64,000 nucleotides of DNA from Tubiluchus corallicola (Eukaryota; Animalia; Priapulida). Below, piece by piece: positions 1 through 9,209 of this stretch. Under the pieces are notes generated by a model. It had not been told where the DNA came from. It searched no databases and saw only the letters and a program-made list of their open reading frames with translations. Where the stretch lies: the NCBI GenBank assembly GCA_030141605.1, contig JAQGDQ010002369.1, positions 682,001 through 746,000 of the forward strand, written 5' to 3'. The position numbers were made by a program, and so were the translations under genes. Numbering within the stretch: position 1 is the first letter of the stretch; each line of letters starts with the position of its first letter.

Positions 1-21
1 TTGAAGATGGGCAAAGTAATA

Positions 22-465
22 TCAGTCTTTCAGAAATTGAGAAGGAAGTGGACGGGCACATCTGGATCCCACACTACCCCAAATATAAACGTTAGGATTG
101 TAGGGCTGTATAAAGCTTATCCAGTGAATCCTGTGGGCCTCTTCAACATGTGTTAGGGTCGTTCCGCCTTCAATTACTCTATAAGTATCATCTCCGGCCT
201 TTGTCAAAAGGCTTCTAATATTGGATGGAATACTGGCATTGTGACTCAAAGAACTTAAATCCTCAGAAAGGGTATCGCTCTGCGAACCGTATGTTCGCCA
301 AATTTCTTGGGGAGATTCACCGTTTTTCAAGGCGGTTCTTATTTCATCTAATAGCTGAGATTCTGCTTGAATGTCCTTCAAGATTTGATCTTTGAGGTTA
401 GTTGGAATGCTTTTGAACTCATTGGCGTGTTGAATGTGACTTTGAACTCTGTGAATCTGGACCAT
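22..465 (-). CDS. hypothetical protein
   Basis: 147-aa ORF with AGAGAGAGG RBS and an upstream TATAAT box; no family recognised; the C-terminus may be frameshifted. Confidence 0.55.
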   Translation of the reverse strand: MVQIHRVQSHIQHANEFKSIPTNLKDQILKDIQAESQLLDEIRTALKNGESPQEIWRTYGSQSDTLSEDLSSLSHNASIPSNIRSLLTKAGDDTYRVIEGGTTLTHVEEAHRIHWISFIQPYNPNVYIWGSVGSRCARPLPSQFLKD

Positions 466-495
466 AATACCTCTCTCTTTTGTTCCTATAGTATA

Positions 496-518
496 ATTAT
501 AGTAGAAGGAAATTAAGA
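496..518 (-). promoter_or_regulatory. TCTTAAT-N10-TATAAT promoter-like motif
   Basis: Exact motif on the minus strand, 30 nt upstream of the 22..465 start; recurs exactly at 4471, 4668 and 28773. Confidence 0.55.
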
Positions 519-567
519 TAAGAATAGGCTCAAGTTAAGATAGAATAAAAAAATAACTATTTGAATA

Positions 568-1072
568 TTAGCCTTTTAAGGCATCTAGAGCTGTCTCGTA
601 ATCAGGCTCCTGGGCAATCTCAGGAACAAGCTCGCTATAGATGACCTGGTCCTTTTCATTCAGAACGATGATGGCCCGGGCGAGAAGGCCTGAAAGGGGC
701 CCGTCAGTGATCAGGATTCCATAGTCCTTGGCAAAGTCATTCGAACGCATCATTGAGAGAGTATGGACATTCTTTACATCTTCATGAGTGCAGAACCTGA
801 TTTGTGCAAAAGGAAGGTCTGCAGAGACTACGATGATGGCTGCATTCTCATGCTTTTCGGCAAACTCATTGAACTTCTTTGTTGAGGCTGCGCAGACTCC
901 TGTATCGAGGCTGGGTACAGTGTAGAACAGTTTCCTTTTACCCTTGAAAAAGTCTAAAGTAAATATCATTGAGTTCCTGATCGACGAGAATGAAGTCCTT
1001 TGCCTGGCTTTCAATGCCGGGAATATTGCCGTTTGTATGAATGATATTTCCGTTTAAAGTGATTTGCGCCAT
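568..1072 (-). CDS. tpx: thiol peroxidase (atypical 2-Cys peroxiredoxin), frameshifted near 960
   Basis: MAQITLNGNIIHTNG from ATG 1072 joins VPSLDTGVCAAS...SADLPFAQ.RFC...LARA...EPDY; one extra T in a T-run. Confidence 0.9.
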
Positions 1073-1081
1073 GAGTCCTCT

Positions 1082-1837
1082 CTATTGAATCTTTTTTCCG
1101 TATCCCGAATATCCGGTGAGCTTGTTTCGGCAGAAAGTGAAGGTGAAGTCTTCAGGTACTTTTTTTGTTTTTAGCATTTTCCAAAAAGATGCATTTACCT
1201 GTGGGCGGAATCCAAGGGCCTTTTGGACTTTGATTTGATTTAATTTGCACATCTTTTTCAGTTCCCTAGGCTTGATGAAGAGAGGATAGACATGCATGTT
1301 CGGCGGTGTGTTTTGAACGAACCACTCAACCCCTTTGATGATGACAAGGTAGCTGAGTGGATTCCGGTTGAATGTATGAAAGAAGAATAGGCCATTCGGG
1401 CGAAGGACACGGCTTGCTTCGGCAATTAGCCTCACCGGCTGTTCTACATGCTCCAAAACATCCATGGCACAGACAACGTCGAAAGAAGCATCTTCAAAAG
1501 GAAGAGCGTAGGCATCTGCCTTGTGATAGAGCACTGTTTTCGTCTCATCGAGCTCTTCTGCGACCTTTAAGCTTTCTTCTGATGCATCGATTCCAACGAC
1601 ATTATGTCCTTTTTCGGCCAGCGCATTACAGAGAAAGCCCGCTCCGCATCCGATATCGAGGATTTGTACTCTTTTTCCTATTTCGTCATGAATCGAGTCG
1701 ATTACCCATGGAATACGGACCTTGTTCTCAGATCTCAGCAGGGCAACAGGATGATCATTGCGGCTATGCCACTCGTCTTTGAGATCATCATAAAACTCAT
1801 TATTGATCAGTGTTTGATTGCTATTTTCTCTTTCCAT
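1082..1837 (-). CDS. ubiG: UbiG-like SAM-dependent O-methyltransferase
   Basis: LDIGCGAGFL SAM motif, FDVVCAMDVLEHV, LRPNGLFFFHTFNRN. Confidence 0.8.
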   Translation of the reverse strand: MERENSNQTLINNEFYDDLKDEWHSRNDHPVALLRSENKVRIPWVIDSIHDEIGKRVQILDIGCGAGFLCNALAEKGHNVVGIDASEESLKVAEELDETKTVLYHKADAYALPFEDASFDVVCAMDVLEHVEQPVRLIAEASRVLRPNGLFFFHTFNRNPLSYLVIIKGVEWFVQNTPPNMHVYPLFIKPRELKKMCKLNQIKVQKALGFRPQVNASFWKMLKTKKVPEDFTFTFCRNKLTGYSGYGKKIQ

Positions 1838-2316
1838 ATAAAATTCCAGAAGATGATTTGATAAAACAAAAAGGCTGTCATCGCAAAGGTTTGAAGATAT
1901 AGGAAGGTTTTTAGCGCGATTTTATTATCAAAAAGAACAGCTATCCAAGAGGGGAGATCCGCTCCTCCAAGGAAAGCCCAGATCAATCCGACCATAGTCA
2001 GAGTGATCGGATGGAGAGTAAATAATAGAGCATGGAGCCAGTTTTCCGATGCCGGACAAAAGTGTTTATGGACAAACTCATCTTTTGTCACCATCAAACA
2101 GGAGATAACGGCCAAAACGATGAATATCTTTAGGGAACCCGGAGAGAAAGGGACTAACAGAGCAAAGATCATGCAATTCAAAACACTGAGCGTGTCGATT
2201 GGATGGCCGATCTTCTCCCATTTGGGAAGACCTCTTCTTACATGAAAGTAAGCTTCATCGATGCCAATAACAATGGCTTGAAAGGTAAACGGTAGTAAAG
2301 CCAATAACCACATCAT
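1807..2316 (-). CDS. membrane protein with repeated ExxxH/DExxH motifs
   Basis: 4-5 hydrophobic segments; DEAYFH, EKIGH, DEFVH, ENWLH; tightly coupled between the PKS and methyltransferase genes. Confidence 0.75.
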   Translation of the reverse strand: MMWLLALLPFTFQAIVIGIDEAYFHVRRGLPKWEKIGHPIDTLSVLNCMIFALLVPFSPGSLKIFIVLAVISCLMVTKDEFVHKHFCPASENWLHALLFTLHPITLTMVGLIWAFLGGADLPSWIAVLFDNKIALKTFLYLQTFAMTAFLFYQIIFWNFIWKEKIAIKH

Positions 2317-2324
2317 ATCTTCAC

Positions 2325-3464
2325 CTATCCTTTTTGCATTAAAGCCCCGCAGATACTCAAACCCGGACCAAAAGCCATGCTAACAATCCAGGTTCCCGAA
2401 TCAATTTTGGGATCCTGCAAAATCGCATCCCAAATATGAGGCAAAGTTGCTGAAGACATATTACCAAACTGTTTTAAAATGAGCTTGCTTTTTTCAATTT
2501 GCTCATCTTCCAGCCGGAAATACTGTTGGATGTACTTGATGATTTTCGGTCCGCCCGGATGGATCGCAAAATGGGCGTTTTTAAGTACATCTTCCGGTTT
2601 CAAGGAAGCCCTTGCACAGAGGTTTTCCAAATAACCTTGTAACGCTTTTGCGATTAGGACCGGAACTTCTTTTGCTAGTGAAATCTGGAATCCCCAATCA
2701 GCAAGGTTCCACTTCATAGCCTCCATAGAATGAGAGATGATCTCTTCATGAATGCCCAATACTTTTATATGAGGGGAGTCAGAGTTTTTCTTTGCAGTGT
2801 ATTTGATGAATCCATCGGCAAAAAGGGACTGGGAGACGAGTTGATCGGCGCTATGATTGGAAGGATTGGTATGAAGAGAACAAAGTTCGGTATGAACGAT
2901 ATCAGAAGAGCTTCTTCTTGTTAAAAAACCATCTGCGAGTCGAATGGAAGAGATAGCAGAATAGCATCCCATATGATAGGCATGAGTTACAGTCGTTGAT
3001 GTACCCCATTCTCTCTTTGATACGATCTTCTGCGCCCCGCTTGGTGCAATATAACCTGTACAAGTAGCATGGATCAAATCATCAGGAGGAGAACTTCCAT
3101 CAGGATAGTATTCTTCAAAAATGGGATCGACTGCTTCATCGAACACATTCAGTCTCGTCTTTAAACAAGCCCCACTTGGAATTTTATCCAGGACGTAGAT
3201 CTTCATCTTGTCCCAATTCTGATGAAGGAAGTCATCTATTACATGTCCCCGTTTGGCAATATGATCCGGTTTGCATCCAACACGAAGGAGTCTATCTTTT
3301 ATATCTTTTTCGAATGCCCTGCATTCTTCTGAATCGATCTCTATTCCCTTGCTCAAAGCTTCTGCTTGAGTATGAGCCTTCAAAATCCAGTCAAGAGTCT
3401 TCTGTTGTGTAGACTCGTGAATGGGACGGATGGAATGAAAGTTGGTGAGACAGGTTGTATGCAT
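2325..3464 (-). CDS. type III polyketide synthase (chalcone/stilbene synthase family)
   Basis: Cys-His-Asn triad: HMGCYSA, IHPGGPKI, GNMSSAT; LFADG; FGPGL signature. Confidence 0.9.
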   Translation of the reverse strand: MHTTCLTNFHSIRPIHESTQQKTLDWILKAHTQAEALSKGIEIDSEECRAFEKDIKDRLLRVGCKPDHIAKRGHVIDDFLHQNWDKMKIYVLDKIPSGACLKTRLNVFDEAVDPIFEEYYPDGSSPPDDLIHATCTGYIAPSGAQKIVSKREWGTSTTVTHAYHMGCYSAISSIRLADGFLTRRSSSDIVHTELCSLHTNPSNHSADQLVSQSLFADGFIKYTAKKNSDSPHIKVLGIHEEIISHSMEAMKWNLADWGFQISLAKEVPVLIAKALQGYLENLCARASLKPEDVLKNAHFAIHPGGPKIIKYIQQYFRLEDEQIEKSKLILKQFGNMSSATLPHIWDAILQDPKIDSGTWIVSMAFGPGLSICGALMQKG

Positions 3465-3611
3465 GTTCCCTATTTAGCAAAACCTCACAAGAACCTATCG
3501 GAAAGTCTGTTTTCTGTCGATTTGTTACTCTTATTCAGAGTTAAAGAACCTAAGAAATGCTTGCAAAAAGAAAAATTAAGGCTTTAAGTTATTTCTTCTT
3601 TTGAAAAAATA

Positions 3612-3866
3612 ATGGGATCTTTTAACGTCCGGTCAAAAGGGAAGAAGATGATCAGAAAAGCATTCTGGATAGTTATTCTTGTCGGCGCATATATCTGGAT
3701 GGTTCAGACAGAAAAAGAGGCCTATGTGCTATCAAAAGCAAAAGGACTCTACAACTCTGTGGTGCACTGGTTTGATGATGTCGAAGTCGATTATCAGATC
3801 CCTACTACGAAAGAAAAGAAAGAAACAAAGTCCCACAAGAAAAGGGCTGCCAGAAGCTGGTTTTAG
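3612..3866 (+). CDS. small single-TM hypothetical protein
   Basis: N-terminal TM (AFWIVILVGAYIW) and basic C-terminus; the true start may be the MIRKAF Met. Confidence 0.6.
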   Translation: MGSFNVRSKGKKMIRKAFWIVILVGAYIWMVQTEKEAYVLSKAKGLYNSVVHWFDDVEVDYQIPTTKEKKETKSHKKRAARSWF

Positions 3867-4321
3867 CCCCTGATCTTTCTCGCTAGTTTTTCCAACTGTT
3901 TATCATCAGCACGAATGTAATCGTGGGAAGATATGTATCCCTCATATTTCTCGAAGTACTTGTCCACATGAGCGATAATAGGCTCCCATTTGGCGAGTTT
4001 GCCCGTTCCATGCATAGGGAAGAGCTTGGCATGGAGATGGTCGACTCCAAAGCCCTCCAGGATAAGTCCGGTCCTGCCTACATTGTCTAAACGGGAGTCC
4101 AGGAGCTTGGCGACTTCTCTGCTGGCCAATATCAGATTGGTAAGAAGGTCGTCGGGCGAATCGAAGGCATAGCTCGGATAGTGCGTTTTTGAGGCTACTA
4201 CAGAAAATCCCTCGGTATTGGGGAAAATCGACAGAAAAGCGAAGAATTCATCATTTTCCCAGATTTTGTGGCAGGGCTTGATTCCTTCGGCAAATTTACA
4301 AAAGAGACAGTCCTCTTCCAT
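3863..4321 (-). CDS. HIT family hydrolase
   Basis: CLFC start, AFLSIFPNTEG, variant HIT motif VDHLHAKL. Confidence 0.85.
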   Translation of the reverse strand: MEEDCLFCKFAEGIKPCHKIWENDEFFAFLSIFPNTEGFSVVASKTHYPSYAFDSPDDLLTNLILASREVAKLLDSRLDNVGRTGLILEGFGVDHLHAKLFPMHGTGKLAKWEPIIAHVDKYFEKYEGYISSHDYIRADDKQLEKLARKIRG

Positions 4322-4394
4322 GGATCCTCGGCTTTTAGGACCTGATTATCAGGTTAATACGGGCTGAGTGTAAAAATTTTTAGGATTTTACCCA

Positions 4395-4465
4395 ATAAAA
4401 AAGCGGTAAGTACAATCACTTACCGCCAGGGGTATAAAATGAGAGGGTAGGATGAACACCTACAA
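4395..4465 (-). ncRNA. putative sRNA copy 1 (about 70 nt)
   Basis: TATAAT box at 4471-4476; 5' hairpin GTAGG..CCTAC; core CCTCTCATTTTATACCC; terminator GCGGTAAGT-loop-ACTTACCGC followed by T6. Confidence 0.65.
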
Positions 4466-4590
4466 TTGTTATTATAGGAAAAGAAAATTAAGAAATGATT
4501 AAGAACTTATTTGATTAAGTTAAGAGGGTTTAAGTTATTGAAATAAAACCACTTACGATTTAAGAAATATAAAAAAATAAGCAGAGGTTT

Positions 4591-4662
4591 AAAAGAGATG
4601 AGCGATGAGATGTCTCATCGCTCAAGGGTATAAAATGGGAGGTGTAGGATATTCTCCTACAA
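4591..4662 (-). ncRNA. putative sRNA copy 2 (about 72 nt)
   Basis: TATAAT box at 4668-4673; 5' hairpin TGTAGGA..TCCTACA; core CCTCCCATTTTATACCC; terminator TGAGCGATGAGA-CA-TCTCATCGCTCA followed by TCTCTTTT. Confidence 0.65.
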
Positions 4663-4775
4663 AAACCATTATACGTGCCTTTTATTAAGATTTAGTAAAG
4701 TTTTTTCCAAATCCTTTCTAAATGACTAATTATAAGTAGTTAACGATTTTACAGTGAGGTCTGGTATTGTAGGAG

Positions 4776-5561
4776 TTAATAAGAACAGATGAGCTTGGTT
4801 AGGAAGCCAAAGTTCTGAGAGATGCTGGAGGGTTCGTGCATCATGATCCCTTCGATCTCTGCCTCTTCACTGGCTCCAAGTCTTTCAACGCGGTAAAAGC
4901 CTTCCATTGAACCTGTAATTTGATCAGAGAAGGCGATTTGGACGGGAAGTTGAACCTCTGCATTCCATCGATTCGCTAGAGTTAGAGCAAGGGGAGCATC
5001 AAAGCATTCAGTGATCTCAACAGAAGCATCTATGGTCCTCATCGCCTTTAAGACCATACCGAGGCGTATCTTTTTGAGAGGGCTCCAGGAAGCGTTGAAT
5101 CCCAAAGAAAGGAACATCCACTGGTAAAACTCATCATAACCGGTTTCTCGGTCGGTTGCTTCGCGGAACCATTGGTGATAACCATAGCCCACAAAAGGAG
5201 TGACCCCGAAAATGCGGAATCCGAAATCAGCTTCTGCAGTTCGTAGTGTGTTGAGTGTTTGAGATGCAAAAGGAGTGATTTCAGAAGTGTCGAGGTCGAT
5301 AAGGCTTCCATCGTAATCGGTTCTTCCTTCTAAGTATCTTCCCGAGGCAAGTACCCAAAGGTTTTGGAGATGAACTTCATATTTTGCATCTACCCCATAG
5401 AGAAAACCACGCTCTTCAGATTTCATGGGGGAAGGTAGGTCTTCCTGATAGTTTCTATACATTCCTATAGGGCCGATAGAAGCTTCTGCCCAAACCAGAA
5501 AAGGCATGAAAAACAAAATCAGTGAAAGAGCATTGCAATTCCTACGATGGCCAACAGACAT
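4776..5561 (-). CDS. outer-membrane beta-barrel protein
   Basis: Signal-like hydrophobic N-terminus, alternating aromatic strands (TPFVGYGYHQWFR), C-terminal Tyr; start uncertain. Confidence 0.7.
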   Translation of the reverse strand: MSVGHRRNCNALSLILFFMPFLVWAEASIGPIGMYRNYQEDLPSPMKSEERGFLYGVDAKYEVHLQNLWVLASGRYLEGRTDYDGSLIDLDTSEITPFASQTLNTLRTAEADFGFRIFGVTPFVGYGYHQWFREATDRETGYDEFYQWMFLSLGFNASWSPLKKIRLGMVLKAMRTIDASVEITECFDAPLALTLANRWNAEVQLPVQIAFSDQITGSMEGFYRVERLGASEEAEIEGIMMHEPSSISQNFGFLTKLICSY

Positions 5562-6314
5562 GCGAAAATCCTTCTTAATATTTTCGTTGGCAAGGCATGA
5601 TGGCTTAGTTTTACTCCAAAAGGGGCAACGATCAATGAAGCAATACCGATCACCAAAAAACCTGGGATATAAATATACCCTAAAGTCTCTTTATTGGGAA
5701 CCAATCCCCATCCCAGGATCATAAAGGAGACTGATCCGATCAATGAGGTAAAAATGACCGATGCTGTTGAAGTTGCAACTGCATTGCGGATGGGAATGCC
5801 CAGTCCAGAAAGGACCGGCACGGTAAAAACCCCACCGCTAACTCCCAATAAGCTGCCCAATGTTCCAATGACAAGCCCAAGCGAACTCATAATGAGGCCC
5901 TTTGCCTTTTTCAAGTGGAGTTCAGGAGGTTTGGGAAGAAACAGGTATACGGACAGAAGAATAGTAAATACGCCAAAGATCCTGGCCAACAAAATGGCTG
6001 GGAAGGAAATGAGCGATCAATGCGCCAATAACCGCACCTACCGATAGTGCAGGACCGAACATTTTAATCAGATCCCAGAGAATCGCTTTCTTTCTGTGCT
6101 GCGAGATGGTTGCAGAGATCGAAGAAATGATCATGGAAGCCAGGGAAGTTCCAATCGCAACATGCATCAACTCTCCAGAAGGGAAGTCGAGTAGATGAAA
6201 GATCAAAAACAAGCTGGGGACGACAACGATTCCGCCGCCAACACCTAACAGCCCGGCCAAAAATCCGGAAAGACAGCCTAAGGCAATGAAGTAAAACGAA
6301 TCGATCCAAGGCAT
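5519..6314 (-). CDS. TauE/SafE (TSUP) sulfite exporter family protein, frameshifted near 5992
   Basis: GFLAGLLGVGGGIVVVP, AIGTSLASMI and second repeat GSLLGVSGGVFTVP in two overlapping ORFs; extra T in a T-run. Confidence 0.85.
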
Positions 6315-6345
6315 ATTCGCATCATGCCGAGGAACTTATTGAAAA

Positions 6346-7677
6346 TCAAGAATCAGCTCTTCTTCTCATTTCACGATCGATATAATACGACCGGTAGTGT
6401 TGAAAGAAGGGGGCGAGATGATATCGAATAATGGGTATAGATGTCCTCACATTCGAATAATCTGAAAGGCTCCAGTTTGCAGAGTCACGGGCAAATGCGT
6501 CTAAAGCGATGTTGTTTGTTTCACGGTCTCCTGCTTCTTCATTAGGAACGAAAAGCTGCCGGTACGTTTCGAGAAATTCTCTTCTCCAGGCAGAGGTCAA
6601 TTGATCCCGCATTACTTGGCAGAAGTGGACTTGTCTTTCACTTTTAGGTTTTGTGTAAAGTATGGAAAAGTCATTGAAAACAAATCGAGCGACATCCGGT
6701 CTGTTTTTTCTGATCCATGCTTTTACATAAGGAAATGCTCTAGAACCCATGATTCCGATCATGGAATTCCACTCTTTTTCTTCTTGATCACTTCGAGGAA
6801 GCCATACCTTCAAGACAAAGTTTTTCAAACCTTCATCTGTATTTGCATCAATGAGGATCTTTGAATCTTTCCATCCCAATCGGAATTCGTATGGAATATC
6901 CTGAAATGCCACTTGGTCCAGATAGGGAATTAATGGTTGGAGATTTGCCACTTTCCGACCCATTCTACTATTAAAGTCTTCTGCTTGTGCTTGAGAAAGT
7001 CCTATTCTTCCTAGAAGAAGGGATTCGTAAGAATCGATTCCGTCGACAAGTCTAAGGACATCACGCCCTAATTCTTGTCCCCCGTCAGGAAGATAAGGTA
7101 AGTAGAATGTATCTGGTAACGATTGAATATTTTCTAACCGTTTGCCAAGCTCTACATCTAATTTTTCATCTAGGTCTTCCCACGTGAAATCTTTTTTCAT
7201 AGTGGAGCTTACATGAGCATAGACATCTTGCAAAAGCTGTACTTTATAGGTCGTTGGGAAAGGGCAAGTTTGGAAAGCTTCGGAGGCAGCGGCTCTCTTT
7301 TCGAAAGAACGGAACATGGAGAAATGATCCTGTCTGCTGCCATCGACTTTTTGGACGGTTGACTCTAAAGCGCCATCCCATGAGAGTGTGATTGTTCTGT
7401 CTTTCAAAGTCATGCCGTTTCCGGCTTCATTTGCTTTTCCTGATATCTCTGTAAGCGCATTTTGAACTAATAGGGCATAGACATAGTTTTGAAGAGAAGT
7501 GGTCATCCAAGAGATCAACCAACCAAAGAAGGCTAAAACACCCAAACCAGTATCGTCCCAGGTTTTGAGACCTAAAGCATCTCTTACCTGGAATAGACGA
7601 TAATCATTCAAATGAATATGTCCATCATCCTGGCTAGCAAAAGCTCGTAAGGAATCATTTTGGGCTATAGTTACCAT
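6346..7677 (-). CDS. hypothetical protein (effector candidate)
   Basis: 443-aa ORF with RBS AGAGAAGGA and an N-terminal hydrophobic patch; no family recognised. Confidence 0.7.
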   Translation of the reverse strand: MVTIAQNDSLRAFASQDDGHIHLNDYRLFQVRDALGLKTWDDTGLGVLAFFGWLISWMTTSLQNYVYALLVQNALTEISGKANEAGNGMTLKDRTITLSWDGALESTVQKVDGSRQDHFSMFRSFEKRAAASEAFQTCPFPTTYKVQLLQDVYAHVSSTMKKDFTWEDLDEKLDVELGKRLENIQSLPDTFYLPYLPDGGQELGRDVLRLVDGIDSYESLLLGRIGLSQAQAEDFNSRMGRKVANLQPLIPYLDQVAFQDIPYEFRLGWKDSKILIDANTDEGLKNFVLKVWLPRSDQEEKEWNSMIGIMGSRAFPYVKAWIRKNRPDVARFVFNDFSILYTKPKSERQVHFCQVMRDQLTSAWRREFLETYRQLFVPNEEAGDRETNNIALDAFARDSANWSLSDYSNVRTSIPIIRYHLAPFFQHYRSYYIDREMRRRADS

Positions 7678-7844
7678 TAGTCCTTCTCTTTATTAAGGTG
7701 ATAATTATAAAGGTAATGAAATTAAATTTCAATTTAATAATAATAGTTTGAATTACATATTATGTTAATTTTTAGTCGGTTGTTTAATAAGACGTTTTCT
7801 TTTATCCTTTTGGTGAAGTTTAGCGTGTGAAATTAAAATTTTAA

Positions 7845-9095
7845 ATGGATGGTTCCCTTTTTCTATTACCCATTCAGGAGGGCTTTTCACTCCCTTTTTT
7901 CTTCAAAATTGAGGAGGGAAAAGGAGATGGACAGGTGAAGGTTCCTTCTGCTCTTGTGAAAGAGGCTCTTTCTTTTCCTATTTTTGGAAGGGAATCTTCA
8001 GTCCCGATTGCAGAAAGGAAGATAGAGGATCTGTCTCAGGTATTTTCTTTGGTTAAGTTCTTTCCTTCAGAGAACGAAGAAGAAAATCAGTTCTTTCCCA
8101 AACCTTCTTCTCCCACACTTATTGAGAAAGTTCTCGTTCGATTGTCCTTAGAGATGATGAAGGTTGCAGAAGAACTTCCCGAGGTGATCTCTCCCAGAGA
8201 AAAACCTCAACAAAGTGAGAAGGTTCCTGATGCTTTTAAACCGTTAGTGGAAAATCAGACTAAGGATGTTCTGCGAAAGGAGGGGATTAAAGAGCGGCCA
8301 ACTGTTGAGAGAAGAACGTTGCCCCAAGATCCTTTAAAACCCCTTCCTCAGTTTACAGAGAAGCCAGTTTTGAGTCAGATCGCTCCTCCTCAGCGCCCCT
8401 TTCTGTCTCCTATTTTGAATCGTCAAATTCCTCTTCTGAAAAACGCTTCAGAATTACCTAAAGATGCAGAGTCTGTCCCTCGCCAGCAAATGCAAATTCT
8501 CCGTCCTTTATTGGACCATTTTCTTTCCTTAAAAAGTAATCTGAAACAGCCTGAGATGCTGCCTGAAAAAGGTATTATTCAGGAGCGCGTGGAACGGTTT
8601 ACGGAGGATGTAAAAGAGTTTGTTGTTCGTCAGTTTGGCGAGCCGTTGCCAACGAGGTTGAAGGAAGCTCTCAAAGAAGAACCAAGGGATATTATAAAGA
8701 ATGAAAGACCCATCCAGAAAGAAGAGCTGCCTACCAAGGCTCAGGCAAAGAGCGCCGATCCTGTTCCTATGCCTCTCAGAGGGGCTATAAAGCTTTTGGA
8801 GAGCTTGAAAAGGGAAGATAGCCTCATTTCACAAGAAAAGCCCTCAACGCCTATTCCGGTGGTGCAGGGGCAGCAGCAGAGGCTTCTCTCAGAGGCCTTT
8901 CAGGTCCTTCAGGGCCTATTTCTCTCTTCTCAGGGAGCCCAAGATGCTCCTTCTCAGGCCAGGTCCATTATTCCTCAATGGGTCATAGCGCCCTATCTCG
9001 CTCCTCATCGATTGGAAGCAAGGAAGGGAAAGAAAGCCAGAAAGAAGAGCAAAGAGGAAGAGGAAAGGGAAAAACGGTATCCTTTTGAGGGGTAG
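7845..9095 (+). CDS. hypothetical Pro/Glu/Lys-rich protein
   Basis: 416-aa low-complexity ORF with basic C-terminus (RKGKKARKKSK). Confidence 0.7.
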   Translation: MDGSLFLLPIQEGFSLPFFFKIEEGKGDGQVKVPSALVKEALSFPIFGRESSVPIAERKIEDLSQVFSLVKFFPSENEEENQFFPKPSSPTLIEKVLVRLSLEMMKVAEELPEVISPREKPQQSEKVPDAFKPLVENQTKDVLRKEGIKERPTVERRTLPQDPLKPLPQFTEKPVLSQIAPPQRPFLSPILNRQIPLLKNASELPKDAESVPRQQMQILRPLLDHFLSLKSNLKQPEMLPEKGIIQERVERFTEDVKEFVVRQFGEPLPTRLKEALKEEPRDIIKNERPIQKEELPTKAQAKSADPVPMPLRGAIKLLESLKREDSLISQEKPSTPIPVVQGQQQRLLSEAFQVLQGLFLSSQGAQDAPSQARSIIPQWVIAPYLAPHRLEARKGKKARKKSKEEEEREKRYPFEG

Positions 9096-9209
9096 CGGTT
9101 TAGTTTATTTAAAATAATTCTTATTAGTATAATTTCCTTTGATTTGATGGTTTTATTATAAGTTAATATTTGGTATCATTGTTTCATTAAATAAAGGGAA
9201 GAAGAGACT

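Noticed and set aside
4395-4690. CRISPR or mini-array reading of the duplicated units
   Set aside because: Only two units, each with its own promoter box and terminator; no repeat-spacer periodicity and no cas genes in the window.
4635-4730. Plus-strand micro-ORF starting in the sRNA core (MGGVGYSP...)
   Set aside because: The paralogous copy stops after three codons (ATG AGA GGG TAG), and the promoter and terminator polarity favours the minus strand.
7743-7770. Second dif-like sequence (TACATA-TTATGTTAATT)
   Set aside because: The XerD-like arm has a mismatch and the left arm lacks ATAA; it lies in very AT-rich DNA, so chance is likely.
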